IMG/VR virus record: IMGVR_UViG_3300010397_000021
Coordinates: 1 to 45,391 of that record
Strand: one strand, 5' to 3'
DNA: 45,391 bases
Origin: a virus
Shown: in pieces, positions 22,627-31,488 of the stretch
Layout: each line of letters begins with the position of its first letter
Numbering within the stretch: position 1 is the first letter of the stretch
The notes under the pieces: model-generated
The model's input: the letters and a program-made list of their open reading frames with translations, nothing else
What the model was told of the DNA's origin: nothing
The model's database searches: none
Made by a program: the position numbers and the translations under genes

Positions 22627-24350
22627 ATAATTCAATTGCAGTTATTACCACTTTTCCAAATGCGTCGTGGGAAATCTATAGCAAGAAAATGCTACAATCA
22701 TTCACACGGTTCTGGCCCGCTGAAATACCATTATTGCTTGAGCTTGATGATGATCTTTTAGTATCGGATGTACAAAAAATACTGCGCCAGCAGGATGCTG
22801 TAGCTGTGGGATGGGATAAGGAGCATCAGGAATTTGTTGAACGCAATAAAGGCAAGGATGATCCTAATGATTATCGTAAGCAGCCTGTACGATTCTGTCA
22901 TAAAATATTTGCCATAAAGCGAGCTTTAAAGGCGATCGAATCCGCTAAAGCCAATAATGAAAATCCAGCACGCTATCTTATCTGGATGGACGCAGATGTA
23001 GTAACCAATCGCTCTGTAACTATCGATGAGATCAAAGAATGCTTGCCCAAAGAGGGTGAGGCAGTTGCTTATATGGGGCGTAAGGATTGGGATCATAGTG
23101 AATGCGGGTGGATGGCATTTGATCTGGAAAATGGCGGCGCGGGTATCATTGAAATGATGATATCCGGCTATATCACTGATGAAATACTTGGTTATGAGCA
23201 GTTACACGATTCCTGGGTATTCGACATGGTATGCGGCATTACTAAAGTTAAATGCACTAATCTTACCTATGGAAAGCCCGGTATGGATATTTGGCCTCAT
23301 AGTCCCATGGGAAAATGGTCTACGCATTATAAAGGCCCTGTAGCAAAATCAGCATTGGAGGAGCCGACGCGAGTTAATCAGGGAAATTATGGACAACAGG
23401 TTATTATCCAAACTCGTAATGCTATTCCAAACGAAAAAATATGTCAGCATATTGAGCGTAACCAGCAATTGATTTCTGAATGGATACGTCCTTGCAAAGA
23501 AAATACGGAAAAACTTATCGTTGTTTCTGCTGGCCCTACATTAATTGCCGAGGATTTACTTAAGGAATATGAAGAAGGCTACAAAATCATCGCCGTAAAA
23601 CATGCGCTCATTCCTCTTAAAGAGGCTGGCATTAAGCCATGGGCATGTATTTTACTCGATCCACGTCCGCATGTGGCTGATTTTGTCAAAAATGCCGATC
23701 CAGATATATTATGGTTTGTTGCAACTCAAGTTGATCCGGCTGTTACATTAGAGCTGCTAGCGCGGGGCTGTCGCATTATTGGCTATCATGCTTCGGTAAA
23801 TGCCAATGAAGAAACGCTCACTTCAAAACAGGCCTATTCCATCATCAGCGGCGGGAGCGCCACGGCTACGCGCGGTCTTTATATGTTAAATCATTTAGGT
23901 TTTAAGCGGTTTAAGCTCTATGGCTACGATCTTTGCCTTCCCGACAAGCCTGATTTGAATGCGCGCGATGACCAAGGACAGCCAAAATATCTGGAATTCT
24001 CAGTAGGAATGAATGATCCGCTATATAACGTCAAGCGCTGTTTCTGGGCAGAACCTCAACTTATAGCGCAGTTTGAAGAAATTAGCGACATTATTAAACG
24101 CAACGTATTTGAAATCGAGGCCATAGGCTACGGCGCCGTTCCTTTTATTATTAATGCTCAGAGGGTGGCCAATTTGCGCAGGAGCAAAATACGCAGTAAA
24201 ATGATCGGTGATATTTTGCCGTCTTATCATGAGGTAATTAAATGCAGCCGCCAATGGAACAGTCACAGAAAGACCAGCTTCTTAACCAAATGGCTGGGCA
24301 GATTGCCGCTGATCCACCACAAACCGACGCTGGCCATGAAATCCTTGTAG
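22623..24350 (+). CDS. Two-domain putative glycosyltransferase: N-terminal GT-A-like (DxD) fused to a DUF115/MptE-like (motility accessory factor, Maf-type) domain, 575 aa
   Basis: N-terminal 'IAVITTFPN...' and 'YLIWMDADVV'. C-terminal 'LIVVSAGPTLIAEDL...KIIAVKHALIPLKEAGIKPWACILLDPRP...SGGSATATRGLYMLNHLGFKRFKLYGYDLC' resembles DUF115 of flagellin nonulosonic-acid transferases. Confidence 0.55.
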   Translation: MNNSIAVITTFPNASWEIYSKKMLQSFTRFWPAEIPLLLELDDDLLVSDVQKILRQQDAVAVGWDKEHQEFVERNKGKDDPNDYRKQPVRFCHKIFAIKRALKAIESAKANNENPARYLIWMDADVVTNRSVTIDEIKECLPKEGEAVAYMGRKDWDHSECGWMAFDLENGGAGIIEMMISGYITDEILGYEQLHDSWVFDMVCGITKVKCTNLTYGKPGMDIWPHSPMGKWSTHYKGPVAKSALEEPTRVNQGNYGQQVIIQTRNAIPNEKICQHIERNQQLISEWIRPCKENTEKLIVVSAGPTLIAEDLLKEYEEGYKIIAVKHALIPLKEAGIKPWACILLDPRPHVADFVKNADPDILWFVATQVDPAVTLELLARGCRIIGYHASVNANEETLTSKQAYSIISGGSATATRGLYMLNHLGFKRFKLYGYDLCLPDKPDLNARDDQGQPKYLEFSVGMNDPLYNVKRCFWAEPQLIAQFEEISDIIKRNVFEIEAIGYGAVPFIINAQRVANLRRSKIRSKMIGDILPSYHEVIKCSRQWNSHRKTSFLTKWLGRLPLIHHKPTLAMKSL

Positions 24351-26458
24351 GTCTTGGCCAAGCAGAGCTTGCTGGGCGCATTAAGAATTCCTCAGAGACG
24401 TATAATCTAGCGCAAGACATGGATGATGCCATGCTGCGTGAAATAGGGCAAGAATGTTATAACGGCTTTAAGGATGATGCCGATAGCCGCGCCGATTGGC
24501 TAGATATGCATACGTTCTGGCTCTCTCTATACATGCAGACTGATTATACGGAAAACTCTGATCCTGATCGATCATGGGGGGCTACGGAGAGTGTGCCACT
24601 GATGACAGAATCATGCGATCAATTCCAGGCCCGTACTTATAAAGCCTTTTTCCCGCAAGATACGTTTGTTTCTGCCATCCCTATGCGTAAGAATGTTCAA
24701 GACCGCCAGGAGCTTGAGCAGCGAGCGGAGCGTATCGGTGATCATATGAGTTATCAGTTGGGTTATCAGGATCGTAACTATAAGCGCGATAAAGATGCTC
24801 TATTTCTTGGGGTGGCCCTACATGGGAGTTTCTTCACGAAAACATATTTCAGCGAGAAACTTAAACGTTTTAAGGTTGATAACGTCCGCCCAACGGATTT
24901 AGTTATTAATTATAATGTAGGACCAATCCATATTGAGGACGTGCGCCGCAAGTCACATATCATTAATACGACGATAGGGGCTACTGAGCAATCGGTTACT
25001 AACGGATTCCTTATATCTCCTGCAATCTCCTGTATGCAGGAGGGTGAGAATATCTACAACGTTAAAGTCGATCAATCCCAGGGTATAACAGAACCAAATC
25101 ATGCATTAAAAATAGATCGTCCGGCTGTTTTAATTGAACAGCATGTTTATTTGGATTTGGATGATTCAGGTAATTATCGCCCCTATATCGTAACGTTCGA
25201 TCTGGCTAATAAATCTGTTAAGCGTGTAACGCTTGGATATGAAGCCGATCCACAAGGCAATCCTTATAAAGATTATGAACAGATTCAATATTTTACACAT
25301 TATAAATTCAAGGAAAATCCAGATGGTTTCTATGGGTTTGGGCTTGGGCATTCCATCGGTGATTTAAATAGCGCCATTAACATCATGCTGCGTCAGAGTA
25401 TGGATGCAGCAACGCTTGCTAATGATGGCAATATGAGCGGATTTATCAGTGAGCGCATGAGTATCGTCGGCGATGAAGTGCGTATGACATTGGGTAAGCT
25501 TACCAAGATTTCCGATACTATAGGCGATCTGAACGACAACATCATGATGATGAAGTTTCCGGGCCCGAATGCCGCATTGATTCAGATCATGGAAGCCATG
25601 GATGAGCGCGCGCAACGCATGGCGTCTACCACCGAAGCGACGACCGGCTCAATGGATAAAGTTATACAGCCTACCACTTACTTGACGCAGGTGGAGCAGG
25701 CATTGGAATCGTTTTCTGCCGTTCAGATGCGCTTGGCAAACGCTTTGAGCGATGAATTACAGAAAATCTATCGTATCAATCAGCGGTTTTTGCCTTTGAT
25801 CGATTATTATGTTGTTAATGGTGCGCCGGAAATGATTACGCGCATGGATTATTCCGATGATATGTTGGTTCAGCCTATTTTCGATCCCAAATTTGCCACG
25901 CAATCGCAGAAAGTGGCTCGTGTACAAGCAGAAGCGCAGATTGTTATGGCCAATCCCATGACACAAAGCCGCCCGCAGGTAATGGATGCTATATGCAGAA
26001 GGCAATTAGAGGCATTGGATATCGATAATATTGATGAATTAGTGCCACCAGTACCTCAGCCACTCAATATTGATGACCAGATGCAAGAAAACATGATGTT
26101 CATGATGCCGCCTGGACAATCGCCGCCTTTCGACGTTTTTCCTGATCAACATCATGCCATTCATTTAGCGCAGTTAGAGCAGTTTGTTAAAGAAAAAGGT
26201 GGTACGCTCATGCCAGAGCAAGCGCAAACTGTCATTATGCATAAACAGAAACATGAGGCATTCCTTTATGGCCAGCAACACGGACTTATCCCGCCTCCCC
26301 AAGCCAAGCCCGGCGGAGCTTCACCATTGGGCGCAGGACAGGGTGACCAGATGGATCATGGCCCAACTGCACTCCAAGTTCCCGAGCCGCCGCTTGGCGG
26401 TCCCTCCCAAATCACTGGAGCAGGCGTATATGGAGGCGGGGCAGCAGCAGGTGCTTGA
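24242..26458 (+). CDS. Portal protein, 738 aa
   Basis: Size and position (first morphogenesis gene before scaffold and capsid). Acidic, Gly-rich C-terminus. Overlaps the previous ORF by 109 nt. Confidence 0.7.
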   Translation: MQPPMEQSQKDQLLNQMAGQIAADPPQTDAGHEILVGLGQAELAGRIKNSSETYNLAQDMDDAMLREIGQECYNGFKDDADSRADWLDMHTFWLSLYMQTDYTENSDPDRSWGATESVPLMTESCDQFQARTYKAFFPQDTFVSAIPMRKNVQDRQELEQRAERIGDHMSYQLGYQDRNYKRDKDALFLGVALHGSFFTKTYFSEKLKRFKVDNVRPTDLVINYNVGPIHIEDVRRKSHIINTTIGATEQSVTNGFLISPAISCMQEGENIYNVKVDQSQGITEPNHALKIDRPAVLIEQHVYLDLDDSGNYRPYIVTFDLANKSVKRVTLGYEADPQGNPYKDYEQIQYFTHYKFKENPDGFYGFGLGHSIGDLNSAINIMLRQSMDAATLANDGNMSGFISERMSIVGDEVRMTLGKLTKISDTIGDLNDNIMMMKFPGPNAALIQIMEAMDERAQRMASTTEATTGSMDKVIQPTTYLTQVEQALESFSAVQMRLANALSDELQKIYRINQRFLPLIDYYVVNGAPEMITRMDYSDDMLVQPIFDPKFATQSQKVARVQAEAQIVMANPMTQSRPQVMDAICRRQLEALDIDNIDELVPPVPQPLNIDDQMQENMMFMMPPGQSPPFDVFPDQHHAIHLAQLEQFVKEKGGTLMPEQAQTVIMHKQKHEAFLYGQQHGLIPPPQAKPGGASPLGAGQGDQMDHGPTALQVPEPPLGGPSQITGAGVYGGGAAAGA

Positions 26459-26475
26459 GGCTATAGAGTATATCG

Positions 26476-26901
26476 ATGGCAAGTCAGATTGAATTTCGCC
26501 AATTCTTGCCAGAATGCATGGATTTTTTGCCATTAGAAGCAGAATTAATGATTAGGCGTGCGGTACGACGTACTCCTTGTAATATATTAGGTGAAGATGA
26601 AGTTTTGGAGAGAGTCAAGCTAGGGCTTGGTAGCCTTTACCTTGTAAAAGATAATCACAAGTTGATTGGTATTGTACATCTATTCTGGTTTATTGGCGTA
26701 AAGGAAAAAATACTAAATATTGAATTGGTTGGCGGCAATGGAATCCATAATTGGAAAGATGAATTAAGGAAATTCATTCGTCAATTGATGACACATAATA
26801 ATGTCAAACTTCTTATTATAAATGGTCGTAAGGGCTGGGGTAAAATTTTCCCAGAATTAAAAACAGAATCCACGACATTTTCAGCAACGCTTACCCATTG
26901 A
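26476..26901 (+). CDS. Hypothetical protein, 141 aa (AT-rich; faint GNAT-like pattern)
   Basis: 'ILNIELVGGNGIHNW...LLIINGRKGWGKIF'. Composition is clearly AT-richer than the neighbouring genes. Confidence 0.5.
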   Translation: MASQIEFRQFLPECMDFLPLEAELMIRRAVRRTPCNILGEDEVLERVKLGLGSLYLVKDNHKLIGIVHLFWFIGVKEKILNIELVGGNGIHNWKDELRKFIRQLMTHNNVKLLIINGRKGWGKIFPELKTESTTFSATLTH

Positions 26902-26947
26902 TGGGAGGTCTCTTGTTTAGGATTTTCATAATGGCACAATTGCTATT

Positions 26948-27646
26948 ATGGGAAAAACAATTGACACAATTTCCAATTTTGCTGCACCAGTGGCCGGGTT
27001 TATGGCCGGAGGCCCAATAGGGGCTGCAGCAGCCGGAGGATTAAATAATTATCGGCAGAATCGTAGTCTTGGTGGCGCACTTTTATCGGCCGGAGGCTCC
27101 TATTTAGGCAGCAATATTGGCGGTGCAATGTTTCCAAGCGCGGGCAATGTAGGTGGTGCGCTCAATACTGCCATGGGCGGAGGTGCAGTTAGTAATTTAA
27201 TTGGCAATACCCTTCCTGCCGAACTTGCTAATGTTGGCTTAGGTTCTGCCTTAGGTGGATATTTTGGTGGCAATGCAGCTAGCAGTTTAGCTCCCCAGAA
27301 AAATGCCAATGCTACGGGTGAAGGTATGACTTCTGCCCCCTTTAATCCATCTCAAGCAAATGCTGCGCCATTGCCTTTAAGTCTTCAGACCCTGGGAGGC
27401 CTTACCTCTAACCAGCAAGCCACTAATATTGCTAATAAGGGCGTATATGGAGGCGGCTTAGGGCCAGAAGAGCAGAGTTATTTCCTAAATTTAGAGAATC
27501 GCAAGCTAGTCGATCCGCAAGGGCAGGTCGGCTCTATGAGTTCGTTACAGCCGATTGAGCAATCATACCTACAGCAGCTTGGTTTGGGGGGTAATAGCGA
27601 TCCCACAAGCTTGTTACAGGCCATGAGTAAGTGGAAACCATCTTAA
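26948..27646 (+). CDS. Gly/Ala/Asn-rich virion-associated protein (putative), 232 aa
   Basis: Low-complexity G/A/S/N sequence located in the head module. Confidence 0.5.
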   Translation: MGKTIDTISNFAAPVAGFMAGGPIGAAAAGGLNNYRQNRSLGGALLSAGGSYLGSNIGGAMFPSAGNVGGALNTAMGGGAVSNLIGNTLPAELANVGLGSALGGYFGGNAASSLAPQKNANATGEGMTSAPFNPSQANAAPLPLSLQTLGGLTSNQQATNIANKGVYGGGLGPEEQSYFLNLENRKLVDPQGQVGSMSSLQPIEQSYLQQLGLGGNSDPTSLLQAMSKWKPS

Positions 27647-27655
27647 AGGAGCATT

Positions 27656-27994
27656 ATGCAATACGAGCCGAAGTTTGGACGAGTATTAATCAAGCGCGAA
27701 GTACAAGAGAAAACAACCGGCGGCATTATTCTGCCAGATACGATAGCGAAAAGACACGCTTCCTGCGTTGGAAAGATTATCGCCCTTGGCGAAACCGCTG
27801 GGTTTACAGAAACCTATGATGACCAGGGTGAGCGCATCGTTATCCGCACTATGAAAGTAGATGATAATGTCATTTTCGGCCGTCATTCCGGCGCATGGCT
27901 CGATGCCACCTATTCTCCTAAAGGCGAAGCGCAAGACGATGGAACGTTATTCATCTGTCAGGATCAAGATATTTTAGCAGTAATTAAGGAGTAA
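27656..27994 (+). CDS. groES: Co-chaperonin GroES homologue, 112 aa
   Basis: 'KFGRVLIKREVQEKTTGGIILPDTIAK...GKIIALGE...VDDNVIFGRHSG...ICQDQDILAVIKE' aligns along the whole length of E. coli GroES (mobile loop 'TTGGIILP'). Confidence 0.85.
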   Translation: MQYEPKFGRVLIKREVQEKTTGGIILPDTIAKRHASCVGKIIALGETAGFTETYDDQGERIVIRTMKVDDNVIFGRHSGAWLDATYSPKGEAQDDGTLFICQDQDILAVIKE

Positions 27995-27997
27995 TTT

Positions 27998-28999
27998 ATG
28001 AGCGAAGAAGCTGGAAATTCAACGAGTGCCGATACCAATACATTAACGGTAGAAATAGCATCCCCCTCACAAGATAATAACTCATCAGCAAATGGCCTTG
28101 ATACAGATGATAAACCTCAGGCATCGCAACCGAGTTATCGGGAACATCCGGGATATAATCCTGTTGATTTGAATGGCCTGCCTGCTGATTTACAAAAGCC
28201 AATCAAAGATAGATTCGATTATTTCTATCGGCAGGTAAACGATCAGAAGAAATCTCTCAATCAGTATCGCACGATTGCCGAAGAGCAATCCAAGCAGATC
28301 AATGAATTGATGAGCGGCATGGGCACTGTCGTAGATCACCTACAGAATAAAAGCTTTGCCGATACGGAAGCCACTATCCGCCAGCAGATGCGCGTCGCCC
28401 AGCAAACTGGAGATATGGATGCGTTGCTAAATCTTCAGGATAAACTGATTGATATTCGTACTGAGAAGAAATTGACCGAGCGCCAACAAAAAGCTGCTCC
28501 TCAGAAATCAGCGAATACCCCTGAAGTTAATCGCAATATACAGCCAATCAATACTGACGATGCCGTTCAGATGGCTGTGCAAAATGGCGAGATTACTGAC
28601 AATGATGCCACCATGTTTCGTGCTTGGCAGAATGAACGTGATCATGTCGGCGGCCCGATGCGCGCATGGGCCGACCCTTCGCATCCTTTATTCCAGCAGG
28701 CGTTTTTAGAAACGCAATCCGTTTTCACTAATCAACGTTACGCTTCTTTGCCATTTGATAAGAAGCTTGAGGAGGTAGATAGGCGTATGGGCATTCAAAA
28801 AACGGGCGGTTCTCAATCCGTCATGGGAGGTGGCTTGACGGGGGGCGGCAGATCAAAGAAGATAACCCTAACGCAAGAACAGCGCGACATCGCTGTGAAG
28901 ATGCGGTTAGGCGGTCCCAAAGCCAAATCAGATGCCGAGCATATACAGAGATATGCGCAGCAGCTCGAAGCAGTCAAAGCTAAGAAAGGGACACGCTAA
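27998..28999 (+). CDS. Scaffolding protein (putative), 333 aa
   Basis: Gln/Glu/Lys-rich helical protein between the portal-side genes and the capsid gene. Confidence 0.5.
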   Translation: MSEEAGNSTSADTNTLTVEIASPSQDNNSSANGLDTDDKPQASQPSYREHPGYNPVDLNGLPADLQKPIKDRFDYFYRQVNDQKKSLNQYRTIAEEQSKQINELMSGMGTVVDHLQNKSFADTEATIRQQMRVAQQTGDMDALLNLQDKLIDIRTEKKLTERQQKAAPQKSANTPEVNRNIQPINTDDAVQMAVQNGEITDNDATMFRAWQNERDHVGGPMRAWADPSHPLFQQAFLETQSVFTNQRYASLPFDKKLEEVDRRMGIQKTGGSQSVMGGGLTGGGRSKKITLTQEQRDIAVKMRLGGPKAKSDAEHIQRYAQQLEAVKAKKGTR

Positions 29000-29481
29000 T
29001 GAACGATACACTGAGCACTGTCGGTCGTCCCGGCAGACCCCCCAAGAAAATAAGCGATATGGATACTGGCCTTAAAAAAGGCCGGTCATCATGGAAGCCC
29101 GCAAGCCTTAATGAATTCATGAATAAGGAAGAGGGCTACCGCTATCGTATGGTGAGGAAAGATGCAGAAAACCTTGCCAAGAAAAAAGCCGAAGGGTGGG
29201 AAACAGTAAGCGGGTTAGATAGCAGCAATACAGCGCAGATCGATCCAGGGCGCATTGAGCATGGCAAAAGCCTGACAAGCACCCAAGAAGGAAAAGACTG
29301 GATATTGCAGCGCATACCCGAAGAGATGGCATTAGAGAGGGATGAATATTTTAATAAAGAAAACCAGAGGCGTGTCGGCGGGTTAACCGCTCATGTCAAA
29401 AAGGAAATTAACAAGGAAGGCGCTGCGGCGCACGGTGAAATAACAATCAGTTCCAGACGCGGAACACAGGTAATTGAATAG
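28999..29481 (+). CDS. Head-module protein, 160 aa (function unknown)
   Basis: TAATG-coupled to the scaffold gene. Charged protein. Confidence 0.55.
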   Translation: MNDTLSTVGRPGRPPKKISDMDTGLKKGRSSWKPASLNEFMNKEEGYRYRMVRKDAENLAKKKAEGWETVSGLDSSNTAQIDPGRIEHGKSLTSTQEGKDWILQRIPEEMALERDEYFNKENQRRVGGLTAHVKKEINKEGAAAHGEITISSRRGTQVIE

Positions 29482-29490
29482 GAGATTATT

Positions 29491-30051
29491 ATGGCAGCCA
29501 GCCGTCAAGGTTTTATTCCTAGCCGCGATCTTACGCCAGGCTATGTGCGCAACCTTCCTGCGCAGGCATCTACCAACCAGTCTTTGGCTAAGGGCGATGC
29601 GGTTGCCTATGTTAACGGCATTATTGTGCCTTGCACGGCCGGTCAGGACCCCAACCTTTATGGCTATGGCGTCGTGCTTGCGGTTTATACCACGGCTAAT
29701 CGCCCTACAACCTTCCAGACGAATAAAATTATCGTCTCCGGTGGCGTTGGTCGCGTCGATGTATGCTTCGATCCTAATCAGACCTATTACGTGCAGTGCG
29801 TCACTTCGGCAGGTCCTTCCAATATGGGCAAGAACGTCACCATTGATGTTTCGGCTTCAAATGCTCTTACCGGTATTTCCGGCATGTCTGTCACTATTCC
29901 GGCATCAGCTTCGATCAATGATCTATTTAAGATTATCAATATCGGGCCGTTCGATGAATTAGCAGGCAAGGAAACGGGTGGTGGTACTAACAATGGCGTA
30001 GAGGTCATGTGGAATCGCCACATGCTGCGCGCCGGAATTGCTGGTCAATAA
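29491..30051 (+). CDS. Head decoration-like protein (putative), 186 aa
   Basis: Immediately upstream of the major capsid gene. Beta-rich, Gly/Val-rich. Function inferred from position only. Confidence 0.4.
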   Translation: MAASRQGFIPSRDLTPGYVRNLPAQASTNQSLAKGDAVAYVNGIIVPCTAGQDPNLYGYGVVLAVYTTANRPTTFQTNKIIVSGGVGRVDVCFDPNQTYYVQCVTSAGPSNMGKNVTIDVSASNALTGISGMSVTIPASASINDLFKIINIGPFDELAGKETGGGTNNGVEVMWNRHMLRAGIAGQ

Positions 30052-30062
30052 GGAGATAAAAC

Positions 30063-30980
30063 ATGGTAATGAATACTGGTGCATTTTCAGAAGACCTTTG
30101 GCCCGGCATTTTGTCTTGGTTCGGTGATTCTTATCAGGATTACGAGCCCATTTGGGAGCGCTTGGTAGATAAGCATCAATCGGACAAACAGTTCGAGAAA
30201 TTTCAGGGCATCACCAATTATGGCCTTGCTGGTATTAAAGATCAGGGCGCGGGTATCCCGTATCGTGATAAGTTCCAGGGTTTCCCTCGTGAAATTATCA
30301 ACGTTACCTATGGTATCGGCTCAACCATTACCTATGAGATGATGCGCTATGACCAGTATGATAAGTTTCGCGCAATTCCGCAGCAGCTTGCTCAGGCTGT
30401 ACGGCGCACTGAAGAAACTGTTGTTGCTAGCCTTCTCAACAATGGCTTCTCTACTGCGACGAATCCGACGCTGACGGCGGACGGCAAAAGCCTGTTCAAT
30501 TCTGCACATCTTCTGGTGGCATCTAATAACGTTACCCAGAAGAACACGCCGTCCACGGCTTCCGATCTCATGCAGACTTCGCTGGAGCAGGCCTATATCG
30601 ACATCAGCGCCTTCGTCGATGACCAGAACCTGCCGATTGTGGTAACGCCGAAATTGCTGGTGGTTTCCAAAGAGCAGCAGCATTTGGCGCGCAAGATTCT
30701 GGAAACGGAATATGAGGTCGATAGCGGCAATAACACGATCAACCCGGTTTCTAGCTCCAATAAGCCGATTGATTGGCTGTGGAGTCCGTGGCTGACCGAC
30801 GCCGATGCATGGTTCATCAAAACTGACGAAGCCGATGGCTTGGTCTTTACCGATGTCGATGAGGTGATGCTGGATCGGGATAATGATTTCGATACCAAAA
30901 ACCTGAAGTTTAGCGCCATGCGCCTCTTTGGTACGGGTGCGGTCAATTATCTTGGTTATTACGGTTCACCGGGGGCATAA
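30063..30980 (+). CDS. Major capsid protein (HK97-fold, putative), 305 aa
   Basis: Size, position after the scaffold, and an N-terminal pattern typical of ~300-aa phage major heads. Confidence 0.7.
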   Translation: MVMNTGAFSEDLWPGILSWFGDSYQDYEPIWERLVDKHQSDKQFEKFQGITNYGLAGIKDQGAGIPYRDKFQGFPREIINVTYGIGSTITYEMMRYDQYDKFRAIPQQLAQAVRRTEETVVASLLNNGFSTATNPTLTADGKSLFNSAHLLVASNNVTQKNTPSTASDLMQTSLEQAYIDISAFVDDQNLPIVVTPKLLVVSKEQQHLARKILETEYEVDSGNNTINPVSSSNKPIDWLWSPWLTDADAWFIKTDEADGLVFTDVDEVMLDRDNDFDTKNLKFSAMRLFGTGAVNYLGYYGSPGA

Positions 30981-30983
30981 GCC

Positions 30984-31472
30984 ATGACGCGTTATTCCGA
31001 TAATATCTATAGCGGCTTTCAGGCTACGACTTCGGCAACTTCCAGTAAAAGCCCAGTCGTGCTTCGTAAGACGTATAATTTTGCCGGTGCTGGCAATACC
31101 ACCTCTGTTACGCAGAGCGGCGTATTTCCGCCTGGTACGCAGAATCTTACCGCGCGTATCTTTATCACGAACGCAGCATCGGCTACGGTTAGTGATAAAA
31201 TTACCGTCTCTGCCGGTGGGACGACTCTTCTGACCATCGATCAGTTTGGATCAGCTGCCGGTATCGCCGGGGATACGAAAGCATCGGTCGCTCGATTTAC
31301 CTATGTTGCATCTGCCTGTGCGCAGCCGCCGATCCCGTCTGGCGCTAATAACGGTGGTGAAATTCCTTTCTCTGTGACCTTCACCCCTGTCTCGGCAGAT
31401 AAAGTCGGCACTTATCAAGTAGAGATGTCTTTCAATCGCGCCGATACCAACACACTAGGGGTAACCGCTTAA
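30984..31472 (+). CDS. Ser/Thr/Ala-rich virion protein, 162 aa
   Basis: 'ATTSATSSKSP', 'AGAGNTTSVTQSG'. Immediately after the capsid gene. Confidence 0.55.
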   Translation: MTRYSDNIYSGFQATTSATSSKSPVVLRKTYNFAGAGNTTSVTQSGVFPPGTQNLTARIFITNAASATVSDKITVSAGGTTLLTIDQFGSAAGIAGDTKASVARFTYVASACAQPPIPSGANNGGEIPFSVTFTPVSADKVGTYQVEMSFNRADTNTLGVTA

Positions 31473-31488
31473 TCCAAGGGATACCGCC

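Noticed and set aside
17727-24350. The sugar island as a DNA hypermodification (base glycosylation) system
   Set aside because: No dNMP hydroxymethylase or thymidylate-synthase homologue, dNMP kinase, or DNA glycosyltransferase signature was seen anywhere in the genome. GT8 and Maf-like enzymes act on glycans or proteins. Not formally excluded.
26184-26492. 102-aa ORF overlapping the portal C-terminus in another frame
   Set aside because: It lies entirely inside the portal gene and looks like a frame artefact of the GC/Gly-rich 3' end.
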